Positions 1-9,077 of a stretch of DNA of 59,398 nt are shown one piece after another (position 1 is the first letter of the stretch; each line of letters begins with the position of its first letter). A program made the position numbers and the translations under genes. The DNA comes from Candidatus Merdicola faecigallinarum (GTDB lineage: Bacteria > Bacillota > Clostridia > TANB77 > CAG-508). Where the stretch lies: contig DVNH01000016.1 of the NCBI GenBank assembly GCA_018714565.1, positions 1-59,398 on the forward strand, written 5' to 3'. The notes under the pieces are model-generated. The model was not told the origin of the DNA. It ran no database searches and saw only the letters and a program-made list of their open reading frames with translations.

Positions 1-1374
1 TTTTGTCAATTCCTTTTCTAAAACAACTTTTTCCTTTATTTCTGATGTAATTAGTTTTAGTTCTCTTTCCAATCTTGTAATATTTTCATTTAATGGATTT
101 GTATATTTTTTTAGTTCTTGCATATTAATTACTTCATTTTGAAACATTTCCATATATTTTTGCTTTTTTATTGTTATTTTTTCAATTTCTTGTAATAAAC
201 TTTCTTCACTACGTTCATTACATTCTCTTAATTTATTTATCTTTTCAAATTCTCTTTCAACTGACTCTATAAAATTATTTTTATTTGAAATTATACTTTT
301 TAGATATTCTTTTATTGCATTTAAGAGATCTTCTTCATCTATAACAGTTGTATTAGGACAATGATTTACCCCCATAGAATTTCTCCCACTACATACCCAT
401 CTTATATATTCTGGTCCATCTGCTTTATATTTCCTTTTTATTCTTCTAAATGAATAACCACAATGTTTGCAATAGATAAATGTACTAAATACATATTCTG
501 TTTTTTCCCTTTTATTGTTTAGTTTAAATTCATTTGACCTTTGGTCTAAGATATCTTGGGCTCTATTAAATAATTCATCTGATATAATTCTCATTTCTGG
601 TTTATCAACAACAATCCAATCTTCTTCTGGTAAATCTTTTCTTGTTCCTGTTATAAAATCTGTAATCTCTGATTTCTTATTTGTTACTCTACCTGTATAT
701 ATTGGATTTTTAAGCATTCTTACAATAGATGTTTGTACCCATTTTGATTTTGTTTTTTTAGTTCTTATTCCTTTATCATTTAACTCCCAAGCAATTTTTG
801 TTGTTCCCATTCCTTTGTATACATAGCTTTCAAATATTTCTTTTACAATTTTTGCTTCTTCTTCATTTATTTTTAATGTATATTTTTCACCTGGTATTTT
901 GTCATAACCAAATACCAAATTAGGTACTCTCCCTTTTTTAGCTGTAATGTCTTTTCCAAATTTAACTCTTTTAGACATATTTGCACTTTCTTGTTGTGCC
1001 ATTGCACCTAAAATAGTTAATATAAATTCTGATCCACCTTCCATAACTTCGCCATTATTTAAGAAATCTACTTGTATTCCATAAGATTTTAATTCTCTTA
1101 TACTTTGCAATAAATCTACTGTATTCCTAGCAAAACGGCTAACATCTTTAACAACTACTCTTTCAAATTTTTTTGCCTTTGCGTCTTTCATCATTTGTTG
1201 GAATTGTTTTCTATTTTTTATTTGCTTTCCAGAAATTCCTTCATCTGCATATAGCTTGTACAATTCATAACCGTTCTTTTTAATAAATTCATTAAAGAAC
1301 TCTATTTGCTTTTCAAGAGAATCTATTTGTGCTTCTTTTTCAGTTGAAACTCTACAATATGCTGCAATTTTCAT
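1..1374 (-). CDS. Large serine recombinase (3' end outside the window; missing from the ORF track)
   Basis: Manual translation: MKIAAYCRVSTEKEAQIDSL..YADEGISG..VKDVSRFARN..GYD..NPIYTG..YCKHCG..WVCSGR..HCPN, then coiled coil. This is resolvase, recombinase and Zn-ribbon architecture. Confidence 0.95.
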   Translation of the reverse strand, partial: MKIAAYCRVSTEKEAQIDSLEKQIEFFNEFIKKNGYELYKLYADEGISGKQIKNRKQFQQMMKDAKAKKFERVVVKDVSRFARNTVDLLQSIRELKSYGIQVDFLNNGEVMEGGSEFILTILGAMAQQESANMSKRVKFGKDITAKKGRVPNLVFGYDKIPGEKYTLKINEEEAKIVKEIFESYVYKGMGTTKIAWELNDKGIRTKKTKSKWVQTSIVRMLKNPIYTGRVTNKKSEITDFITGTRKDLPEEDWIVVDKPEMRIISDELFNRAQDILDQRSNEFKLNNKREKTEYVFSTFIYCKHCGYSFRRIKRKYKADGPEYIRWVCSGRNSMGVNHCPNTTVIDEEDLLNAIKEYLKSIISNKNNFIESVEREFEKINKLRECNERSEESLLQEIEKITIKKQKYMEMFQNEVINMQELKKYTNPLNENITRLERELKLITSEIKEKVVLEKELTK

Positions 1375-1437
1375 AACTTAATTTCTCACTTTCTTATATA
1401 TTGTTTTGTGTCGGTAACTTTTTATTCGTTCTGTTAC

Positions 1438-1466
1438 ATTTTAGCATATAACTTATAAAAAAGCAA
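1438..1466 (-). promoter_or_regulatory. sigmaA-type promoter of LSR1
   Basis: TTGCTT-17 nt-TAAAAT with extended -10 TG. Confidence 0.55.
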
Positions 1467-1641
1467 CAAAAAACTACTCTCTTTTTGAGAATAGTTTTAA
1501 TTTGTAGTTGTAATAAAATAATCTATATCTGTACTCTCTGCAAAAGATAAATGTAATGCATCCATATTTATCTATAAATAAGGAAAATATTATCTGTTTC
1601 GATCTTATATGATTATTTTATTCAATTAATATTATTAAATT

Positions 1642-1809
1642 TTATATCTCAATTTCATCTTCTATACAGTGAGAGTTTTGAAAATTATAATCAAATTTTA
1701 TCTTTTCATCTTTCTCTGCCAAGTTATACGCCAAAACTCCAGCCGTAGCTTGTACTATTTGCTCTTCTGTATTAGGATTATAAAATGTAATATTTAAAGC
1801 TTTTTTCAA
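1642..1809 (-). CDS. 55-aa small protein upstream of LSR1; candidate recombination directionality factor
   Basis: AGGTGAG RBS and TTG start; MKKALNITFYNPNTEEQIVQATAGVLAYNLAEK...; role inferred from position only. Confidence 0.55.
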   Translation of the reverse strand: MKKALNITFYNPNTEEQIVQATAGVLAYNLAEKDEKIKFDYNFQNSHCIEDEIEI

Positions 1810-1832
1810 AATTCTCACCTACTTCCTTTTCA

Positions 1833-1861
1833 ATACTATTATTAAAGTTCTAAAAATATTA
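1833..1861 (-). promoter_or_regulatory. sigmaE-like promoter of the 55-aa ORF
   Basis: TAATATT-14 nt-AATAGTAT, compared with the B. subtilis sigmaE pattern TCATATT-14-CATACAAT. Confidence 0.4.
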
Positions 1862-1867
1862 CTAAAA

Positions 1868-1977
1868 TAAGAAAAGTGGCTTCGCCCAATGTGCATTTTG
1901 CTTCGCAAATATGCACAAATTAAGGAAACTTAACCTTGTTGTATAGCCAAAATCTAATGATTTTGACTATACAATAA
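1868..1977 (+). repeat. Dispersed three-hairpin repeat, copy A (most divergent)
   Basis: TAAGAAAAGTGGCTTCGCC..GCTTCGC..AACTTAACCTTGTT..long stem..AATAA. Confidence 0.9.
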
Positions 1978-2006
1978 AAAAAATTCACTTTGACTTAACA
2001 AAGTGA

Positions 2007-2150
2007 TTATCTTGAATATGCCTTTGAACTTTTTATACTACTTGCTCTCACAATATTTTTTACTTCTCTTGGTACATCTTTTGTAACATTTATTCCTCTT
2101 CCTAGTCCAGATACTACTCCACCAGTAACAAATATATACTTTGTTTTCAT
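2007..2150 (-). pseudogene. pyrG: 5' remnant of CTP synthase (about 20 codons of similarity)
   Basis: MKTKYIFVTGGVVSGLGRGI matches the PyrG N-terminus; unrelated sequence follows and a stop occurs after 47 aa. A terminator-like hairpin lies upstream at about 2205-2257. Confidence 0.85.
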
Positions 2151-2340
2151 GTATTTTACCATCCTTTCTTATATAAATGATCTATAATTATTAAAAAATT
2201 AAAATAAAAAAAGTAGATTAAAAAATAATCGCCAAAAACGGTTTTTTTTATCTACTATACTCTTTAAATATGTTTGTATTTTATCACATTTTTTAGTTAT
2301 CAAGCTTTTTAGGAAATTTATTCAAAGTTAGATATTAAAT

Positions 2341-3777
2341 TTAACCTAACTCATATCTGTGAGGATCTTCCTCTTCCATTATTTGTTCATCATTTGTTCT
2401 TTCAGTCTCTTTAGTTAATGAATCTTTTAATATTCCATATCCGCTATTTAGATTTTCTTGAGTTATATCTCTTTCATCATAGCTTAATAGTAAATTTTGC
2501 ATTATATCTTGTTGTGGTTCTTCTTGCTTTTGTTCTCCAACAGGTATAATTTCCTTAGCACCACCTACTTTATCTTGTACTACTTGTTCCTCTAGTTCTA
2601 TCCCCATTGTCTCATAAACTTTTCTTTTAGTCTTCTCTACTAATTCTTTATATTCTGCTTTTTTTTCATCAGATTCTCTCCAGATTAATCCTTCTTCTGA
2701 AGAAAAAGTTGCAGGAGTCAATTCTTGATCTTCTCCAATCACTTTTTCAAGGTTTAGATTGTACTCTTTTCCGTCAATTTCGGTTTTATATATTGTTCCT
2801 GTTCTAGAATCTATTGTATATTCTATATCATTTGCCTGGCAAAATAATTCCCAAGCTTTTGATATCTCAAACTCTTGTCCATTTATCAAAGTAGTTTTCT
2901 TATCATAATCTAGTCCATGCTGATCTACTGTGTTAGCTTGAATATAATTTAATATCAATAATTGTTTTTCTAAATCTCCGCATTCTGCAATTCCTAGTTG
3001 CTTAGATATCTCATCTATTCCATATTGTTTTATTAGACACTGTGCAGCACTTGATCTTGCCTTTGATATTTCTTCTTCTGTAGCTTGTAGCGGGCTTACA
3101 TTGCTAAATCTTTCTTGATCCACATATCCTTCTAATTCATTCCCAGATTCTTGTTCTATCATTTCTCCCCTTCCATATGTTTCACTTAAACTATCTGATG
3201 TTCCTATATAATTAGTTGGATCTAAATAATAATCTTGTCCGTCTAATTCAGATATAACTACAGCATGTCCTATATCTCTTACATCTCCGTTCCACATAGA
3301 TAATAATGATATTGGTAAATATGTACTATTTTCAACTCCAGAATATAATAAAGAATCTTTCATAAATTGTGCTTGTGAAGCACAGACTCCTTTTCCTGCT
3401 AAAGCGATGTTTAATCCAGACTGACTTAAGTCTCCAATAGCATTTTTATCTCCATTTTCAAAATATGGTTCATATGTACCTGCTAATCTAATATATTCAT
3501 ATAAGTTTAGTACTTTTTCTTTATCAGTATATTCTCTACCACATAGAGTAGTAGAAATAGTATGCAATTGTTCTAAATATTGTGAATATAAACTGTCTGA
3601 TGAATCATTTAACAAATCTCTACCATCTTGTGTATTGCTATAATATTGCAAAACATCTTGTGATGCTTCTTTTCCTGGATGTATTTCTGGTGTATATGCA
3701 TCACTTTTTACCTCTTCTCTTGTTTTTATAAATTGGTCTATTAATCTTTGTATTTCTTGATTTTTACTCATATACAT
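2341..3777 (-). CDS. Acidic transglutaminase-like / cysteine protease-fold protein
   Basis: Cys-His-Asp triad motifs GVCASQA..GHAVV..YYLDPT; own sigmaA promoter TTGACT-17-TATACT at 3838-3866. Confidence 0.65.
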   Translation of the reverse strand: MYMSKNQEIQRLIDQFIKTREEVKSDAYTPEIHPGKEASQDVLQYYSNTQDGRDLLNDSSDSLYSQYLEQLHTISTTLCGREYTDKEKVLNLYEYIRLAGTYEPYFENGDKNAIGDLSQSGLNIALAGKGVCASQAQFMKDSLLYSGVENSTYLPISLLSMWNGDVRDIGHAVVISELDGQDYYLDPTNYIGTSDSLSETYGRGEMIEQESGNELEGYVDQERFSNVSPLQATEEEISKARSSAAQCLIKQYGIDEISKQLGIAECGDLEKQLLILNYIQANTVDQHGLDYDKKTTLINGQEFEISKAWELFCQANDIEYTIDSRTGTIYKTEIDGKEYNLNLEKVIGEDQELTPATFSSEEGLIWRESDEKKAEYKELVEKTKRKVYETMGIELEEQVVQDKVGGAKEIIPVGEQKQEEPQQDIMQNLLLSYDERDITQENLNSGYGILKDSLTKETERTNDEQIMEEEDPHRYELG

Positions 3778-3871
3778 TTTCGCATAATAACTTATTATGC
3801 TCCTCCTTTTATATATTTTTCTCTAGTTTACTATTTTAGTATATATTAAACTAAATGTTAAGTCAACTAAT

Positions 3872-4362
3872 TTATATATTCAATTTTTTTAATTTTTCTA
3901 TAGTTTCTTTCATATTCTCTGACTTGATAATACAGGTTCCAGCAACTACAATATCACATCCTGCTTCATTTATTTCTTTTATATTATCTAGATTGATTCC
4001 TCCATCAACTTCTATATCTACCTCTATATTATTATCATCAATATATTTTCTTAATGTTTTAATTTTATCAATTGTACTTTTAATTAATTCTTGTCCACCT
4101 TTCCTGGTTCAACAGTCATAATTAAAACAGTAGGTATATATGGTAATAGATCATATATCTCTTCTACCTTTGTTTCAGTCTTTATACTTATTCCTACTTT
4201 GCAGTTATTATCTTTTATATATTTAATCCATTCTTTTAATTCTTCTTTATTTTTTGCAGATTCATAATGAACAGTAATATTTCTTGGTTCAAATATAATA
4301 AAACTTTTTATATATGATAAAACATCTTTTACCATTAAATGAACATCTAAAGGCACTCTTGT
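3872..4362 (-). pseudogene. rpe: Ribulose-phosphate 3-epimerase remnant (5' truncated, 1-nt deletion near 4100)
   Basis: PLDVHLMV..ITVHYE..LIMTVEPG, then in another frame GGQ..IEVDGGIN..AGCDIVVAGT; the N-terminal part is absent. Confidence 0.9.
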
Positions 4363-4468
4363 CCTAATTTTACAACTGGATTTTTCTTTGCTAGAAAAAC
4401 CTTTTTTATTTCAATACTTTCTGGAATTATAGGTGATTTATTTCTACCGTTCTGAAATGTTATTTCGG

Positions 4469-4586
4469 TGTGTACTGTACTTTTACTAATTCCAAATTTT
4501 TTTGCTGCTCCTCTTACAGTATCTTTATGATCTATTATATAATGTGCTAATGTACACGCACGCTCCTCAATATGCATTTTTTCCAA
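4469..4586 (-). CDS. spoIIID: Stage III sporulation regulator SpoIIID, 5' half (interrupted)
   Basis: AGGAGG RBS; HIEERACTLAHYIIDHKDTVRGAAKKFGISKSTVH matches SpoIIID; the expected KD(L/V)TERL continuation is replaced by unrelated sequence. Confidence 0.88.
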
Positions 4587-4621
4587 ACGAAAAACCTCCT
4601 TAAGAATACGCTATTTTCTAC

Positions 4622-4650
4622 ATTGTATTCTTAGGAGGCTCGTATTAGAA
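4622..4650 (-). promoter_or_regulatory. sigmaE-like promoter of spoIIID
   Basis: TTCTAAT-14 nt-AATACAAT; spoIIID is sigmaE-dependent in model spore formers. Confidence 0.6.
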
Positions 4651-4678
4651 CTAATGATAATTGATTTATTACCACCTA

Positions 4679-5617
4679 TTATTTAACGCTTATTTTTCTT
4701 CGATTAATTACATAAGTACTTCCCATTACCGTTTTCGCATTATGTTTTACCTGTGCTCCTACCTCTCCAATTTCTAAAATATTATCAAATCTTCCTGGAT
4801 CTACTTCTACTACTCCAATTGAAATCGAAGTAAGCGGAAACTCTTCTAATATTCCTCTACGATTAATTACTTCAATATATCCTTTTTCGGCATCTTCTTT
4901 CGTATAATACTGTAATACTTCTTGATCGAATTCTGCAATAATATTTTGACAAACAGCTTCATAATTTGTTTTTGAAACAATTGCGACAAAGTCATCTCCA
5001 CCAATATGTCCTACAAAACTATCATTATCCTTTAAGTTATGTATATTTCTTACAATTGTTCTAGCAGTAAATTTAATAATCTCGTCTCCTTTTAAAAATC
5101 CATATACATCATTATATGCTTTAAAATTGTCTAGATCAAAATATAATACTGCAAATTCTTCTCTATTTAAAACTCTTTTTTTCATCTCTGCATGAATTTG
5201 AACATTTCCTGGTAATCCTGTCAATGGACTAACTCTACGATTTACGTACATAAGTCTCATTAAATTTTTTACAATATAATATAAATATTGATCATCTACT
5301 GGTTTTAATACATAATATTCAACAGATGTTTTCATTACTTCAAAAATATGTTCTTTGGTTGGATTAGAAGACTCTACAATAATTGGTGTAATACTATTAT
5401 CTTCATTTGCTCTTATCATATTACATAATTCAATAATATCTTTTGTAACGTTATCTTCATTAATAATAATTAGGGATGGTATATTTCTTAAAGCAATTTC
5501 AATTTCGCTTGTTGTTATATTACTAAATTTATATTCATTTTCTTCTTCTTTAAAAATTTCCTTAATTTTATCAATTGTTTTGGTTGTATCATCTATAATA
5601 TAAATCTCCTGAACCAT
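4679..5617 (-). CDS. Receiver-like plus GGDEF-domain protein (GGDDF)
   Basis: SPLTGLPG, DLDNFKAYNDVYGFLKGD, GHIGGDDF; N-terminal degenerate receiver domain. Confidence 0.9.
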   Translation of the reverse strand: MVQEIYIIDDTTKTIDKIKEIFKEEENEYKFSNITTSEIEIALRNIPSLIIINEDNVTKDIIELCNMIRANEDNSITPIIVESSNPTKEHIFEVMKTSVEYYVLKPVDDQYLYYIVKNLMRLMYVNRRVSPLTGLPGNVQIHAEMKKRVLNREEFAVLYFDLDNFKAYNDVYGFLKGDEIIKFTARTIVRNIHNLKDNDSFVGHIGGDDFVAIVSKTNYEAVCQNIIAEFDQEVLQYYTKEDAEKGYIEVINRRGILEEFPLTSISIGVVEVDPGRFDNILEIGEVGAQVKHNAKTVMGSTYVINRRKISVK

Positions 5618-5618
5618 T

Positions 5619-6416
5619 CTAACTCCTCTTTTGCTTATTTTTGTTTTTTATCTTATCAATTTTCTGATTTAAAATCTCAGTAATTGTTTCTGATTTCATT
5701 GTAGGAAAAGCTTTTTTCAAACGATAAGTATGTCTATACAATTTACGTTTTAACCTATTTTGTTTTAATTTTAAATCATCTATTACATTTTGTAAAGTAA
5801 CTATTGTATTTTCTTTCAAATCGGTTGATTTTTTTAACATTTCTAAATGCTCTATCTTTTCTTTGATTGTATTTCCAATTTCTTTAATTTTTTCTAATTT
5901 ATTTGTAATATTTTTTACTTTTACAACACTAATAATTGTATCAATTATTATATAAGTATAAATTAAAATTAAAAAATAAACAATGATGCTTTGTGGTACT
6001 TTTGCAATTTGCTCTGCTACAAATGGATGAATCATAAAAATAAAAATAACACTTAAAACTCCCCAAAAGATAGAATTTAATAAACAAACTCTTCCTTTAA
6101 TATTAAATTTATTATTTGAATAATCCCAGTAAGTAGTATGAAATATTTTCTCCAAAGCCCATCCTACAAAATATTCCCATAAGGATAGAACAATAAAACC
6201 TATGATAAAAACTAAAAATACGTTGGTTTTTATCTTACTTAGGCAAAGATACATAATAAGCGCACCAATACCATAAATTGGGCAAAATGGTCCATGTAAA
6301 AATCCACTATTTACCGGTTTTTTTTCCAAAATTGTTTTAAAAATAGATTCTAGCATCCATCCTAAAAATGAATAAACTAAAAAATAAGTAAGTAAATTAA
6401 TAACTTCTATTTTCAT
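5619..6416 (-). CDS. Membrane protein, putative ABC transporter permease (DUF1113/CmpB-like)
   Basis: YSFLGW..GFLHGPFCPIYG..WDYS..GRVCL motifs and several TM segments. Confidence 0.8.
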   Translation of the reverse strand: MKIEVINLLTYFLVYSFLGWMLESIFKTILEKKPVNSGFLHGPFCPIYGIGALIMYLCLSKIKTNVFLVFIIGFIVLSLWEYFVGWALEKIFHTTYWDYSNNKFNIKGRVCLLNSIFWGVLSVIFIFMIHPFVAEQIAKVPQSIIVYFLILIYTYIIIDTIISVVKVKNITNKLEKIKEIGNTIKEKIEHLEMLKKSTDLKENTIVTLQNVIDDLKLKQNRLKRKLYRHTYRLKKAFPTMKSETITEILNQKIDKIKNKNKQKRS

Positions 6417-6440
6417 TATAACTCCTTCAAATGATATTAG

Positions 6441-6466
6441 AAGACCAAAAGGGATTCCTTTTGGTC
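6441..6466. terminator. Hairpin / intrinsic terminator
   Basis: AGACCAAAAGG-GATT-CCTTTTGGTCT. Confidence 0.6.
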
Positions 6467-6473
6467 TATTAGA

Positions 6474-7427
6474 TTATGGATTATATTGATATTTTACAGT
6501 TACTTCTTCTGTAACTCCATCACCATTTGTTGCATATACCTTAATTTGGTTCTCTCCTGGTTGTACTTGCGTTCTCCATTCAATTTTCTTTTCATTTACT
6601 TTGCTATAATCTAACTCGTATAATTGTCCATTGTTAATTGAGAATTGCATTTTTACCATTCTATTTTCATCTGTTGCGGTCATAATAATATAACTATAGT
6701 CGTTTGGATCATAATTAACTGTTATTTGAGGTTTTGTTACTACTTTTACCTCTTGTGTTTTGGTTACTGTTTTATTGTTTGAGTTTACAGCAACTACGGT
6801 AAGTGTATGTTGACCTCTTGGAATGTCAATTTCGCATTCTATTTGTGCTTCACTACCTTCAACTGCATCCACTTTAACTTCTTCTTCTTGATCCCATCGA
6901 TAAGTAATATAAGATAATGCTACATTGTCTTTGGCTGTTATTTTTAATTTATTTCCGTTAGCTTCTATCGCTATTTGAGGTTCTGTTGCATCTGTTACAT
7001 AATCTTTTTCGAATAGAGTCGTTTTTCCTAAAATATCTTCTACTGTAATATACAATTTATTATTTCCTACTGGTAATTCAATTGTTTGTTCTAATGTATT
7101 TGATCCATTTCCTTCTATTGTATTTTCTGCTTCATCATTCCAACGATATATTAATCTTTTTATCTCTTTATCATGTGTTACGCGAATAATGATATTATTT
7201 CCATCACGATCTACTGTTACATTAGCATTATTTCCTTGTTGTAATGTATTTTTATTGCTATCAATATTTTTTACGATTCCATAAGTCCCTTGACCAGTCA
7301 TTCCAATTCCTAATATCATTGTTAAAATACAAAAAAATACAATAACTTTTTTTATTTCAACAGGCCCACTCGACTTTGTTTTTTTCTTCTTATCTTTTTT
7401 TAACTCTACACTAAGTATTTGGTTCAT
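6474..7427 (-). CDS. Membrane-anchored protein with repeated Ig-like beta domains
   Basis: One N-terminal TM; three repeats ending G.N/H.L.I.(V/A). Confidence 0.6.
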   Translation of the reverse strand: MNQILSVELKKDKKKKTKSSGPVEIKKVIVFFCILTMILGIGMTGQGTYGIVKNIDSNKNTLQQGNNANVTVDRDGNNIIIRVTHDKEIKRLIYRWNDEAENTIEGNGSNTLEQTIELPVGNNKLYITVEDILGKTTLFEKDYVTDATEPQIAIEANGNKLKITAKDNVALSYITYRWDQEEEVKVDAVEGSEAQIECEIDIPRGQHTLTVVAVNSNNKTVTKTQEVKVVTKPQITVNYDPNDYSYIIMTATDENRMVKMQFSINNGQLYELDYSKVNEKKIEWRTQVQPGENQIKVYATNGDGVTEEVTVKYQYNP

Positions 7428-7637
7428 TTCTTACACCTCTCACTACCAAAAAAATTATAACATACCCTATTATCATTGTAAACATTTATTTCTAAAATAT
7501 ACTTACGCAAATTATACTTTCCACGATGCAAAAAACAGTTGTACTTTTCGTCAATACAACTGTTTTTTTATCATTTTTCAATTCCTTTTTACTATCTAAT
7601 TTTTATACTTATTTTATTCTATTAAAAAGCTTTCCTT

Positions 7638-9077
7638 CTAATATTGTCTTCCCCAAACCACCATCTTAGATGCTGGCTTTCCGCAACATACACAGGTATC
7701 TCCAATGTGTTCTTGTTTAAAAGGAATACATCTTGATTTTGCCCCTGTTCTTTCATGAATCGTTTCTTCACATTCGTTTGATCCACACCACATTGTTTTT
7801 ACATAACCTTGATTTTCGTTTATATTCTTCTCAAACTCTTCTAAATTATGGGCAATTGTGGTTTTTTCTTGTACTCTTTTCACACAAGTATCATACATAT
7901 TTCTTTGAATTTCTTCTAAGATCTCTCCTAATCTTCTTTCTACTTCATCTAATAATACTTCTATTTTTTCTGAAGTATCCCTTCTTACAATCACACACAC
8001 ATGATTTTCAATATCTTTTGGTCCAAGTTCAATTCTAACTGGTACTCCCTTCATTTCCCAATCATTAAATTTATAGCCTGGTGAGTATTGATCTCTTCTA
8101 TCTAATTCAACACGATATTCTTCTTTTAACTTTTCATATAGTTTATCCGCATTTTCTAGTACTCCTTCTTTTTTGATCGCAATTGGTACAATTACTGCTT
8201 GAATTGGAGCTACTCTTGGTGGTAGCTTTAATCCACGGTTATCTCCATGTGCCATTATAACAGCACCAATCAATCTTGTACTAATTCCCCATGAAGTTTG
8301 ATATGCATATTCTTCTTTTCCTTCTCTATTTTGGAATTTTACTTCAAATGGTTTTGTAAAGTTTTGTCCAAAATAATGAGAAGTTCCTCCCTGCAATGCT
8401 CTACCATCATGCATTAATGTTTCCACAGTATAAGTGCTTTCTGCTCCTGCAAATTTTTCTAATGGTGTTTTTTCTCCTTTTAAAACTGGTATTGCTAATA
8501 AATTCTCTATTACATCTTGATATACATCTAACATTTCTAATGTGAATTTTTTTGCTTCTTCTGCCGTTTCGTGAATAGTATGTCCTTCTTGCCATAAAAA
8601 CTCTCTTGAACGTAAAAAAGGTCTTGTCTCTTTTTCCCATCTTAAAACATTACACCATTGATTATATAAATATGGAAGTTCTCTCCATGAACTTAACCAT
8701 TTTGCATACATCGTTGAAAAAATTGTTTCGGAAGTAGGTCTAACACAAAGTCTTTCTTCTAATGTTTCTCCTCCACCTACTGTTACCCAAGCAACCTCTG
8801 GTGCGAATCCTTCTACATGTTCTTTTTCTTTATTTAATAAACTCTCTGGTATTAATACTGGCATCGATAAATTTTTTACTTGATGCTCTTTAAATTTACC
8901 ATCTGCATATTTTTGAATTCCTTCCCAGATTGCAAATCCGTATGGTTTTATTGCAATAAATCCTTTTACATCCGTATAATCTGCTAGTCCTGCTTTTAAT
9001 ACGATATCCGTATACCACTTTGCAAAATCATCTTCTATATTCGTAATTTCTTTTACAAATTCTTTATTCTCTTTCAT
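7638..9077 (-). CDS. proS: Prolyl-tRNA synthetase (archaeal/eukaryote-like type)
   Basis: HVEGFAPE, RPTSET, RPFLRSREFLWQEGHT, C-terminal Zn domain. Confidence 0.98.
   Translation of the reverse strand: MKENKEFVKEITNIEDDFAKWYTDIVLKAGLADYTDVKGFIAIKPYGFAIWEGIQKYADGKFKEHQVKNLSMPVLIPESLLNKEKEHVEGFAPEVAWVTVGGGETLEERLCVRPTSETIFSTMYAKWLSSWRELPYLYNQWCNVLRWEKETRPFLRSREFLWQEGHTIHETAEEAKKFTLEMLDVYQDVIENLLAIPVLKGEKTPLEKFAGAESTYTVETLMHDGRALQGGTSHYFGQNFTKPFEVKFQNREGKEEYAYQTSWGISTRLIGAVIMAHGDNRGLKLPPRVAPIQAVIVPIAIKKEGVLENADKLYEKLKEEYRVELDRRDQYSPGYKFNDWEMKGVPVRIELGPKDIENHVCVIVRRDTSEKIEVLLDEVERRLGEILEEIQRNMYDTCVKRVQEKTTIAHNLEEFEKNINENQGYVKTMWCGSNECEETIHERTGAKSRCIPFKQEHIGDTCVCCGKPASKMVVWGRQY

Larger units (their letters stand above)
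1..4469. mobile_element. Putative spoIIID-intervening LSR element (left end outside the window)
   Basis: SpoIIID similarity stops abruptly at about 4469. Beyond it lie gene remnants, a cargo gene and a large serine recombinase. The second att site and the 3' half of spoIIID are not in the window. Confidence 0.7.

Noticed and set aside
4084-4110. rpe frameshift as another recoding site
   Set aside because: It is a 1-nt deletion with no CGG, in a gene already 5' truncated; ordinary decay.
4347-4468. C-terminal part of the 79-aa ORF as real SpoIIID sequence
   Set aside because: It is read-through into element DNA with no SpoIIID similarity.
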